Shown here in pieces: positions 7,323 to 14,797 of a stretch of DNA of 18,688 bases. Position numbers and translations under genes: made by a program. This DNA is from an uncultured Candidatus Rokubacteria bacterium (GTDB taxonomy: Bacteria > Methylomirabilota > Methylomirabilia > Rokubacteriales > CSP1-6), in contig CAVVEU010000030.1 in the NCBI GenBank assembly GCA_963747235.1, positions 1 through 18,688 of the forward strand. The letters are read 5' to 3'. Numbering within the stretch: the first letter of the stretch is position 1; the number at the start of each line of letters is the position of its first letter. The notes beneath the pieces were generated by a model. That model was not told where the DNA came from, did not search any database, and saw only the letters and a program-made list of their open reading frames with translations.

Positions 7323-8135
7323 TCATAGGTTCCGAAGGCGTGGATCGAGCAGGTCCCGGACGCCGTCGCCGAGGAGGTTGAAGCCGAGCACGGCGATCAT
7401 GATCGCCGCGCCCGGGAACACCGCGGTCCACGGCGCCACCTCCATGAAGGCGCGGCTCTCGGACAGCATGCTGCCCCAGGAGGGCGCCGGCGGTTGTGTT
7501 CCCACCCCGAGGAAGCTCAGCGCAGCTTCGGCGAGGACGGCGGTCGAGACGCTGAGGCTTGCCTGCACCAGCACGGGCGCCATCGCATTCGGCAAGATGT
7601 GGCGGAGGAACCGTGGGAGGTCGCCCCGGCCAAGCGCGTGGGCCGCCTCGACGAACTCCCGGTGCTTGACGGTCAGGACTGCCGCGCGCACCGTGCGCGC
7701 GAACACCGGAAAGTAAACGAGACCGATGGCGAGGACCACGTTCCGCGGCTTCGAGCCCAGGACCGCGATCAGCGCCAGCGCGAGCAGGATGGCGGGAAAC
7801 GCGAAGAGCACGTCCATGGTCCGCATGACGAGGGTGTCGACGGCCCCCTCCCGCATGGCGGCCAGCGAGCCCAGCGCCAGCCCAGCCCCGATCGACAGCG
7901 CCACCGCCCCCAACCCCACGCCCAGCGAGATGCGCGTCCCGTGGATCACGCGGCTCAGGACGTCGCGGCCGAACTGATCCGTGCCCAGGACATGCGCGGT
8001 GGACGGGCCGACCAGGCGGGCCCGCGTGTTCATGGCCAGCGGGTCCCGTGGCGCCACGAGGGGGGCGAAGAGCGCGGTCAACGCGAGCAACGCGACCACG
8101 ACCGCCCCGACGATCGACAGCGCGTAGCGACGCAT
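7323..8135 (-). CDS. Peptide/nickel-family ABC transporter permease (DppC/OppC-like)
   Basis: Start MRRYALS at 8135 overlaps the upstream stop (TGATG). Motifs LGTDQFGRD, EFVEAAHALG (EAA loop), RHILPN and PSWG. Confidence 0.93.
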   Translation of the reverse strand: MRRYALSIVGAVVVALLALTALFAPLVAPRDPLAMNTRARLVGPSTAHVLGTDQFGRDVLSRVIHGTRISLGVGLGAVALSIGAGLALGSLAAMREGAVDTLVMRTMDVLFAFPAILLALALIAVLGSKPRNVVLAIGLVYFPVFARTVRAAVLTVKHREFVEAAHALGRGDLPRFLRHILPNAMAPVLVQASLSVSTAVLAEAALSFLGVGTQPPAPSWGSMLSESRAFMEVAPWTAVFPGAAIMIAVLGFNLLGDGVRDLLDPRLRNL

Positions 8136-9082
8136 CAGCGGTGGCGCAACCGCGGATCGAGGGCGAAATAGAGCATGTCCACGCAGAGATTCAGGAGCAC
8201 CACGCCGGTCCCGGCCAGAAGCAGTACCCCCTGTACCAGGGGGAAGTCTCGCTGCGCAATCGAGCGCAGCACGAGTCGGCCCATGCCCGGGAGCGAGAAG
8301 ATCTCCTCGATGACGATGGCGCCGCCGAGCAGATAACCGAACTGGAGACCCACGAGTGTCACGACCGGGATGAGGGCATTCCGGAGGGCGTGATGGCCGA
8401 TGACGAGTGTCTCCGCGATGCCCTTGGCCCGGGCGGTTCGCACGTAGTCCTGGGCCAGCACCTCGAGGATGCACGATCGTGTCATCCGCATGACCATCGC
8501 GCCCAGGGCGAGCCCCAGGGCGAGACTCGGCAGCAAGAGCTGTTTCAGGGCCTCCAGCGGCTGGACCCAGAGCAGGACGAGTCCCTGCGGAGGGAACCAG
8601 TGGAGATAGAGCGACGCGAGGAGAACCAAGAGGATGCCGAGCCAGAAGCTCGGGATGGACAGCACGAGCAGGACGAGCAGGCTGATCCCGATCGACGAGG
8701 CGCTGCCACGGCGGACGGCGGCGAGGATCCCGAGCGGGAGACCGGCGCCCAGCGCGACGAGCAGCGATGCCGCCGTGAGCTGCAGCGTGACGGGGAAGGC
8801 GGTGGTGATCTCGGATACGACGGGCCGTCGCGTCACGAACGACCGGCCGAGGTCTCCCCGCAACACTTCCCCCAGCCACTCCGCGTACCGCACGGGCAAT
8901 GGACGGTCGATCCCGAAGAGCCGGCGCATCTCGGCGAGTCGCGCCGGTTCTCCCGATTCCTGGCCCATCAGGATGTCGACGACGTCTCCCGGGATCAGGT
9001 AGAGGAGCAGGAACGACAGCATCGAGACGCCGAGGAGGACAGGGATGAGGACGAGGAGCCGGTGACTCAGAAACCGGAGCAT
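8135..9082 (-). CDS. Peptide/nickel-family ABC transporter permease (DppB/OppB-like)
   Basis: Motifs IPGD, GDLGRS, DYVRTARAKG, HALRNA, EEIFSLPGMG and DPRLR. Confidence 0.95.
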   Translation of the reverse strand: MLRFLSHRLLVLIPVLLGVSMLSFLLLYLIPGDVVDILMGQESGEPARLAEMRRLFGIDRPLPVRYAEWLGEVLRGDLGRSFVTRRPVVSEITTAFPVTLQLTAASLLVALGAGLPLGILAAVRRGSASSIGISLLVLLVLSIPSFWLGILLVLLASLYLHWFPPQGLVLLWVQPLEALKQLLLPSLALGLALGAMVMRMTRSCILEVLAQDYVRTARAKGIAETLVIGHHALRNALIPVVTLVGLQFGYLLGGAIVIEEIFSLPGMGRLVLRSIAQRDFPLVQGVLLLAGTGVVLLNLCVDMLYFALDPRLRHR

Positions 9083-9197
9083 CGGGTGCCGACTACCTCC
9101 GCGCGGCGACCGACGAGATCACGCGCGAGCACACGCGCGGCAGAGTGATGATGCGAGAGGCAGGCCAGGTGCGCATGGGCTCCCGAACGTGTGGGGA

Positions 9198-9233
9198 CGG
9201 CCGGCGGGCAGGATCAGTGCTGCCCGCCGGCCG
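9198..9233 (-). promoter_or_regulatory. Perfect 14-bp intercistronic hairpin after the substrate-binding protein gene
   Basis: CGGCCGGCGGGCAG (9198-9211), 8-nt loop, CTGCCCGCCGGCCG (9220-9233), 6 nt past the stop. There is no U tract, so it is more likely an mRNA-stability or attenuation element. Confidence 0.6.
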
Positions 9234-9239
9234 CCAGGG

Positions 9240-10778
9240 TCACTTGTCGAGCCAGGTCTCGCTGAGACCGTACCGGCTCACACGGTTCGGCTTGTAGCCT
9301 TTGACCGGCGTCCGATGCACCTCGAAGCCGTTGGCGCTGTAGAGGTAGATGACGGGCGCCAGCTCCAGGATCCGACGCTGCACGTCGACCAGCAGCTCGC
9401 GCCGTTTCGCCGGCTCCACAGCCTGCCGCGCCTGGGTCACGATGTCGTCCAGCTCGCCCGTGAAGAACTTCGACCGATTACGGGGCGACTTCGAGTGAAA
9501 GTAGTCGTAGGTGAAGCCGTCCGGGTCCGCCAGGGGACCGCTGGTCAGGCACACCGTGTCGTAGTTGCCGCCCAGCCACTCCTTGAGAAACTGCCCCCAC
9601 TCGACGAGCTGGATGTCCAGCTCGATCCCGATCTTCCCGAGCTGGGCCTTGATCATCTGGCAGTCTGCCACATCGAGTGGGTACTGCGGCGACACCTTGG
9701 CGGTGGCCTTGAAGCCGTTCGGATGGCCGGCCTCGCGCAGGAGCGCTTTCGCTCGGTCGAGGTCCACGCGGTAGTCGGGCTTCACCGCGAACGGACCCAT
9801 GCCGGGCGGGATCGGCCCGGACACGACACCCGATCCGAAGACGACCGTGTCCACCATCTCTTTCCGATCGATGGCCAGATTCATGGCCTGGCGCACGCGC
9901 TGGTCGCTGAAGGGTGCCTTGGAGGTGTTCGGGATGAACTGGGCGAGGGTCATCCCGTAGAACACGTTGTCGCCCTCGACCAAGGTGAGGGTCCGGTCGG
10001 CCCTCACGGCGGGCGCGTTGACCGCGGTGACGTAGGTGATGTCGGTCGCTCCGGCCCGTGCCGCGGCCAGCCGCGCGGATTCATCCTTGATGATACGGAC
10101 ATTGAGCCCGTCGAGGTACGGCACCCCTTTCTTCCAGTAGCCGGCGTGGCGCTCGAACTTGAGATGGCTGTCCGGCACGTACTCGACCAGCTTGAACGGC
10201 CCCGTGCCCACCGCAACCTGGTTCAGGTCGCCATGCTGCTCGACCGCTTCCTTGGCCACGATCTGATGCCCGTAGGGGCCGGCCAGATAGTTCAGGAAGG
10301 GCGCGCTCGGGTACTTGAGCGTGAAGCGCGCCGTCCACTTGTCGGGGGTCTCCACCTTGTCGATGACGCTCCAGATCGCGCGGAACGGCGAGCCGGTCTT
10401 CGGGTCGACCACCCGCTCGAAGGAGTACTTCACGTCGCTTGCGTCCATCTCCCGCCCGTTGTGGAACGTCACGCCCCTTCGGATCTTGAACTCGTGCACG
10501 GTGGGGCTCACGGCCTTCCACGTCTCGGCCAGGTGCGGTCGCAACTCCCCTTTGTCGTCGCGGGTCAGAAGCCCCTCGTACATGATCGTCAGGACCATGC
10601 CGGACGATTGGTAGGAGCCGTCCTTGTGGGGGTCGAGGACGGGCGGCCCCACGGGATCCGCGATGTTCAACACGCCGCCGCGCTTGGGCTGCTGCGCCTC
10701 CCCGAAACCCGCCAGCGCGACCGCGGCCAGTAGCGCTGCACCCAGAGCCGGAAGCCAGCGCGTCGTCCGTCGTGTCAT
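9240..10778 (-). CDS. ABC transporter substrate-binding protein, family 5 (DppA/OppA-like)
   Basis: Signal peptide followed by QPKRGG. Motifs PHLAETW, RRGVTFHNG, DVKYSFER, GTGPFKL and RVRQAMNLAIDR. Confidence 0.95.
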   Translation of the reverse strand: MTRRTTRWLPALGAALLAAVALAGFGEAQQPKRGGVLNIADPVGPPVLDPHKDGSYQSSGMVLTIMYEGLLTRDDKGELRPHLAETWKAVSPTVHEFKIRRGVTFHNGREMDASDVKYSFERVVDPKTGSPFRAIWSVIDKVETPDKWTARFTLKYPSAPFLNYLAGPYGHQIVAKEAVEQHGDLNQVAVGTGPFKLVEYVPDSHLKFERHAGYWKKGVPYLDGLNVRIIKDESARLAAARAGATDITYVTAVNAPAVRADRTLTLVEGDNVFYGMTLAQFIPNTSKAPFSDQRVRQAMNLAIDRKEMVDTVVFGSGVVSGPIPPGMGPFAVKPDYRVDLDRAKALLREAGHPNGFKATAKVSPQYPLDVADCQMIKAQLGKIGIELDIQLVEWGQFLKEWLGGNYDTVCLTSGPLADPDGFTYDYFHSKSPRNRSKFFTGELDDIVTQARQAVEPAKRRELLVDVQRRILELAPVIYLYSANGFEVHRTPVKGYKPNRVSRYGLSETWLDK

Positions 10779-11494
10779 GTCGTGCTCCTAGATGTGAGGG
10801 GGTGGGGATCGCGGCCGGCTGTCGGTGTACCCGTCCGAAGGTGAGCGGCGATCTCGTCCGAGCCCCGCGTGATGTGCTCCGTGAGCCGGCGCTCCACCAG
10901 CGCGAGGTCGCGATGTTCCAGAGCCTCGAGGATCTCGGCGTGCTCCTCGTTCGCCCGCTCGGCCCGATTCAGCCGAGAAAACGCCAGGAGTTGGTAGCGC
11001 CGGAGATGCTGCTTGACGATCTGGAAGTGCTGGATCACGCGGGGGTTCCCCGACGCGGTGACGATTGCGTCGTGAAAGGACATGGAGTAGTCGAGCTCGA
11101 CGCTGGGCGGCCGGTCGGACGTGGGCACGCCTGCGGGCCTGATCTGCGCGGCCAGGGCCTCGAGCACCGCCCACGGGAATCGCTCACCCAGTCGGCGCAC
11201 CGCGAACGTCTCGAGCATGATCCGGACCTCGGTGGTGTGCCGCAAGTCCTCGACGCTCATCTCGGTAACCCGAGCGCCGCGATGGGGCACCGTGGCGAGG
11301 AGACCCTCGCCCTCGAGCACCCGGATTGCCTCGCGGAGTGGCGATCGGCTGACGCCCAGGGACACCACCAATTCGCGCTCGGGAATGCGGTCACCGGGCC
11401 TGAGCCGGCCGCAGACAATGGCGTCCCGCAGTGCGTCCACGATGCGGTCACGAATGAGGCCGGGGTCGACGAACCGAACCGTTGCGGTGTCCAC
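10775..11494 (-). CDS. GntR family transcriptional regulator (FCD domain)
   Basis: GGAGG RBS with GTG start. wHTH segment LRPGDRIPERELVVSLGVSRSPLREA, and FCD motifs FHDAIV..SGN and EHAEILEAL. The stop overlaps the SBP start (ATGA). Confidence 0.93.
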   Translation of the reverse strand: MDTATVRFVDPGLIRDRIVDALRDAIVCGRLRPGDRIPERELVVSLGVSRSPLREAIRVLEGEGLLATVPHRGARVTEMSVEDLRHTTEVRIMLETFAVRRLGERFPWAVLEALAAQIRPAGVPTSDRPPSVELDYSMSFHDAIVTASGNPRVIQHFQIVKQHLRRYQLLAFSRLNRAERANEEHAEILEALEHRDLALVERRLTEHITRGSDEIAAHLRTGTPTAGRDPHPLTSRSTT

Positions 11495-12017
11495 GTGTCC
11501 TCCGGGTGAGAATCGCTACGCAATGTAACTCGAGCGCCAATCATGTAGGACGATCGACAAAATACCAGGGGGCGATTGGGCGGGCAAGGCTGAAGTTCTT
11601 GATCCAGGGGTGGGCGACTCGTGGTCCAGGCCAGAATAGCGCCGGTGCGGCCTGTGCGCCCTCGGTGGTCAGGTCGCGGATCGCCCGGCGCACCGAGCAG
11701 CGTGTTTGGCCCAACTACTGTGCGCCGGCTCGCGGCGCGGCAACAGCCTGGCGCCGACCTTCAGACTTACGACGGCACGTTACCAGCGATACTTGACGCC
11801 GCGGCGGGGCTATCCACGTCCCAGCAGAGCCCGCGGCGATAACCGCGTTGGCTCGCCCGGATGAGCGCGGCCTCCAGCTTCCGTGGCGACGGCCGGGCGG
11901 AACCCGAGCGCTCGAGTGCCGCGCCGCTGTGCAGATCGAGAGCCAGGACACTTCGCTGCAAGGAGACGTACTCAAGCGCCCGCTGCAGCGTGTCGAGATG
12001 CCTCGAAGCGCGCAACT

Positions 12018-12035
12018 CGACGCAACCCCCGCGCA
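12018..12035 (+). repeat. Subterminal 18-bp direct repeat, right copy (candidate integrase arm-type site)
   Basis: Identical to 4287-4304. Part of three tandem CGCAAC units at 12011, 12021 and 12032. Confidence 0.75.
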
Positions 12036-12058
12036 ACCTGGAGCCTGGCGAACACACG

Positions 12059-12090
12059 CGCGGGGTCACGGATCGCTCCGTAACCCCGCG
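12059..12090 (-). terminator. Hairpin immediately downstream of the intact tRNA-Ala
   Basis: Minus strand CGCGGGGTTACGGA-GCGA-TCCGTGACCCCGCG: a 14-bp stem with one G-U pair and a GNRA loop, but a weak U tract. Confidence 0.6.
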
Positions 12091-12098
12091 TCAAGATT

Positions 12099-12174
12099 TG
12101 GTGGAGCTGAGGGGGCTCGAACCCCTGACCCCAAGACTGCCAGCCTTGTGCTCTCCCAACTGAGCTACAGCCCC
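12099..12174 (-). tRNA. tRNA-Ala(GGC)
   Basis: 76-nt cloverleaf GGGGCTGTAGCTCAGTTGGGAGAGC-ACAAGG-CTGGCAG-TCTTG...GGTTCGAG...CAGCTCCACCA, with a G3-U70 pair and encoded CCA. Confidence 0.98.
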
Positions 12175-12186
12175 ACCGCGTCGCCC

Positions 12187-12215
12187 AGCTTACTGAGGGC
12201 GCGTTCTTTTGTCAA
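12187..12215 (-). promoter_or_regulatory. Sigma70-type promoter of tRNA-Ala
   Basis: Minus strand TTGACA-17 nt-TAAGCT, 12 nt upstream of the tRNA. Confidence 0.8.
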
Positions 12216-12238
12216 GATTGGCGAATACTTGCGACGTG

Positions 12239-12769
12239 CTACGCGCCGGCTGCTTGCTTGGCGGCATTCAGGGCCGCGTCGTAGTTGGGCTCCGTGGTGA
12301 TCTCCTTCACGTATTCGGCGTGCTTGACCTTGCCGTCCTTGCCCACCACGAAGACGGCGCGCGCGGTGAGGCCGGCCAGCGGGCCCTCCTTCACGAGCAC
12401 GCCGTAGTTCTGGGCGAACGATCGCTCGCGGAAGTCGGAGAGGGTCTTCACCGCGGTGACGCCCGCCGCCCCGCACCAGCGCTTTTGGGCGAAGGGCAGG
12501 TCCATGCTCACCGTCCACACCTCGACGTTCGCGCCGAGCTTGCCCGCCTCCTGGTTGAACCGGCGCGTCTCGGTGTCACAGACCGGCGTGTCGAGCGAGG
12601 GCACCGCGCTCAGCACGATGACCTTGCCCTTGGCCTGGCTCAGCTTCACCGGCTGCAGCCCATTGTCCACCGCGGTGAAATCGGGCGCGTCGCTGCCCGC
12701 CTTGATCTCGGGGCCGCCCAGCGTGATCGGATTGCCTTTGAACATCACGGCGCCTGCCCTATCGGCCAT
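12239..12769 (-). CDS. tpx: Thiol peroxidase (atypical 2-Cys peroxiredoxin)
   Basis: AAGGAGG RBS with ATG at 12769. Motifs PSLDTPVC, SMDLPFAQKRWC, ARAVFV and EPNY. Confidence 0.95.
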   Translation of the reverse strand: MADRAGAVMFKGNPITLGGPEIKAGSDAPDFTAVDNGLQPVKLSQAKGKVIVLSAVPSLDTPVCDTETRRFNQEAGKLGANVEVWTVSMDLPFAQKRWCGAAGVTAVKTLSDFRERSFAQNYGVLVKEGPLAGLTARAVFVVGKDGKVKHAEYVKEITTEPNYDAALNAAKQAAGA

Positions 12770-12861
12770 GGGGTGCCTCCTTGAATGGAATGCAATTTTC
12801 GCCACCGGTTCCGGGAGCGCCCCGGAGTATACAAGGGCCGGTTGTCGTATCATAGGCACGC

Positions 12862-12948
12862 GCCGGAGTGGCGAAATTGGCAAACGCGCCGCACTCAAAA
12901 TGCGGTGCTCGCAAGGGCCTGCGGGTTCGAGTCCCGCCTCCGGCACCA
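12862..12948 (+). tRNA. tRNA-Leu(CAA)
   Basis: 87 nt. Acceptor stem GCCGGAG...CTCCGGC-ACCA, anticodon arm CCGCA-CTCAAAA-TGCGG, long variable arm, GGTTCGAGT. Confidence 0.97.
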
Positions 12949-12972
12949 ACCCTTTCCTCGAGGTGAGCGAGC

Positions 12973-13977
12973 ATGACCACTGCGACGCGTAGCGCCCTGC
13001 ACACGCCGCTCTGCGAGCGCCTCGGCATCCGTTACCCGATCTGCCAGGCGGGCATGGCCTTCGTGGCGCGCGCGCAGCTCGCGGGCGCGGTCTCCGCGGC
13101 GGGCGGGCTCGGCGTCATCGCGGCCGCGCACGGCAGCGCCAAGGATCTGCGGGAAGAGATCCGCCGTGTGCGCGATCTCACCGACAAGCCGTTCGGGGTG
13201 GACATCCTCTTCGCGAGCGTGCGGACCACCGGCCAGGAGACGGAGCGCTTCACCGATTCCGTGAAGGGCTGGATCGACGTGACGCTGGAGGAGCGCGTGC
13301 CGGTGCTGATCGCGGGTCTCGGCAATCCGGGGCCGGTGACCGCGGAGGCCCATCGGCGCGGCATCATCGTGATGGCCCTCTGCGGGAACGTGAAGCAGGC
13401 GCGCGACCACGCGGCCAACGACGTGGACGTGATCATCGCGCAGGGGCACGAGGGCGGCGGCCACACCGGGCGGGTGGGCGGCGTGGTGCTCACGCCCGCG
13501 GTGGTGGACGCGGTGGCGCCGCGCCTGGTGGTCGCGGCGGGCGGCCTGGCCGACGGGCGCGGGCTGGTGGCCGCGCTGGCGCTGGGCGCGGCAGGTGTCT
13601 GGATGGGCACGCGCTTCATCGCCACGCGAGAGGCCCACGGCCACGACAACTACAAGCAGAAGATCGCGGTGATCGATGAGGAAGGCACGGTGGTGACGCG
13701 CGCGGTGTCGGGCAAGCCCAATCGCCAGATCCGCAACGCCTTCACCCGCGAGTGGGAGAGCCGCCAGGCCGAGATCCAGCCCTTTCCCGTGCAGTACGAG
13801 CGCGTCGGCAAGCCGGCCTCGATTCGCGCGCGCGAGGCGGGCGACGTCGAGCACGGCAGCGCAGCGGCCGGCCAGTCGGCGGGGCTCGTTCACGATGTGC
13901 GCCCGGTGGCCGAGCTGATGGCGTCGATCGTCGACGAGGCCGAGGCGATCCTGCGCCGGCTCAGCGCCCGCGCGTGA
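12973..13977 (+). CDS. Nitronate monooxygenase / FabK-like FMN-dependent TIM-barrel oxidoreductase
   Basis: Motifs LGIRYPICQAGM, VSAAGGLG, TDKPFGV, QGHEGGGH, AAGGLADGRGL and GVWMGTRF. GAGGTG RBS. Confidence 0.92.
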   Translation: MTTATRSALHTPLCERLGIRYPICQAGMAFVARAQLAGAVSAAGGLGVIAAAHGSAKDLREEIRRVRDLTDKPFGVDILFASVRTTGQETERFTDSVKGWIDVTLEERVPVLIAGLGNPGPVTAEAHRRGIIVMALCGNVKQARDHAANDVDVIIAQGHEGGGHTGRVGGVVLTPAVVDAVAPRLVVAAGGLADGRGLVAALALGAAGVWMGTRFIATREAHGHDNYKQKIAVIDEEGTVVTRAVSGKPNRQIRNAFTREWESRQAEIQPFPVQYERVGKPASIRAREAGDVEHGSAAAGQSAGLVHDVRPVAELMASIVDEAEAILRRLSARA

Positions 13978-14777
13978 CCCGGCCGCTCGAGGGACGGGTG
14001 GCCGTCGTCACCGGCGGCTCCCGCGGCATCGGCCGCGGCATCGCGCTCCGGCTCGCCCGCGACGGCGCGCACTGCGCGATCATTTATCGGAAAGACGCGC
14101 CCGCCGCGCGTGAGACGGTGGCCGAGCTCGAGGCGCTGGGGGTGCGCGCGATCGCGGAGCGGCTCGAGCTCGCGGAGCCGGAGCAGGTCGCGCCGGTCTT
14201 CGAGCGCATCGCCGCCGCGCTCGGCCGCGTGGACGTGCTGGTGGCGAACGCGGCGGCCACCGCGTTCCGTCCGGTGCTGGAGCAGAAGCCGCACAATGTC
14301 CGGCGCACCTTCGCGATCTCGGTGGACGCGTTCGTGGCGATGACCCAGGCCGCGGTGCCGCTCATGACCGGCCGGCCCGGGCGCATCGTGCTGATCTCCG
14401 GCATCGACAGCTTCCAGGCGATGGGCGGCCACAGCGTGCTGGGCGCGGCGAAGGCCGCCGCCGAGAGCCTGGTGCGCGGCCTCGCGCTGGAGCTGGGCCC
14501 CCTCGGCGTCACGGTGAACGCGGTGACGCCGGGCTTCGTCAAGACCGACTCGTCCACCTACTACGTGACCCAGGGGCTCGGCCTCGACTACGAGCGGGCC
14601 ACCGCGCGGCTCCTCGCGGCCACGCCGGTGCGCCGGCACGGGACGCCCGAGGACGTGGCGGCCCTGGTGGCCTACCTGGTCTCGGACGCCGCGTCGTTCC
14701 TGACCGGCCAGTGCATCGTGATCGACGGCGGGCTCACCATCACCTCGCCGCTCAGTCGCATGGAGGACGGGCTCTGA
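13974..14777 (+). CDS. SDR oxidoreductase, FabL (enoyl-ACP reductase III)-like
   Basis: GTG start overlaps the upstream stop (GTGA). Motifs TGGSRGIG, DVLVANAA, VNAVTPG and TGQCIVIDGG. The catalytic region reads HSVLGAAK. Confidence 0.88.
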   Translation: MTRPLEGRVAVVTGGSRGIGRGIALRLARDGAHCAIIYRKDAPAARETVAELEALGVRAIAERLELAEPEQVAPVFERIAAALGRVDVLVANAAATAFRPVLEQKPHNVRRTFAISVDAFVAMTQAAVPLMTGRPGRIVLISGIDSFQAMGGHSVLGAAKAAAESLVRGLALELGPLGVTVNAVTPGFVKTDSSTYYVTQGLGLDYERATARLLAATPVRRHGTPEDVAALVAYLVSDAASFLTGQCIVIDGGLTITSPLSRMEDGL

Positions 14778-14797
14778 TCGTGTAAACTGACTGCCAT

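Larger units (their letters stand above)
4168..12143. mobile_element. tRNA-Ala(GGC)-anchored genomic island, ~7.9 kb, no recognisable integrase
   Basis: Bounded by 47-bp direct repeats, one of them inside the intact tRNA. It has internal 18-bp subterminal repeats, accessory catabolic cargo and gene remnants. Confidence 0.88.

Noticed and set aside
12090-12219. GTCAAGATT 9-bp direct repeat on both sides of tRNA-Ala (12090 and 12211) as a target-site duplication
   Set aside because: One copy overlaps the tRNA -35 box. It is too short and has no associated transposase.
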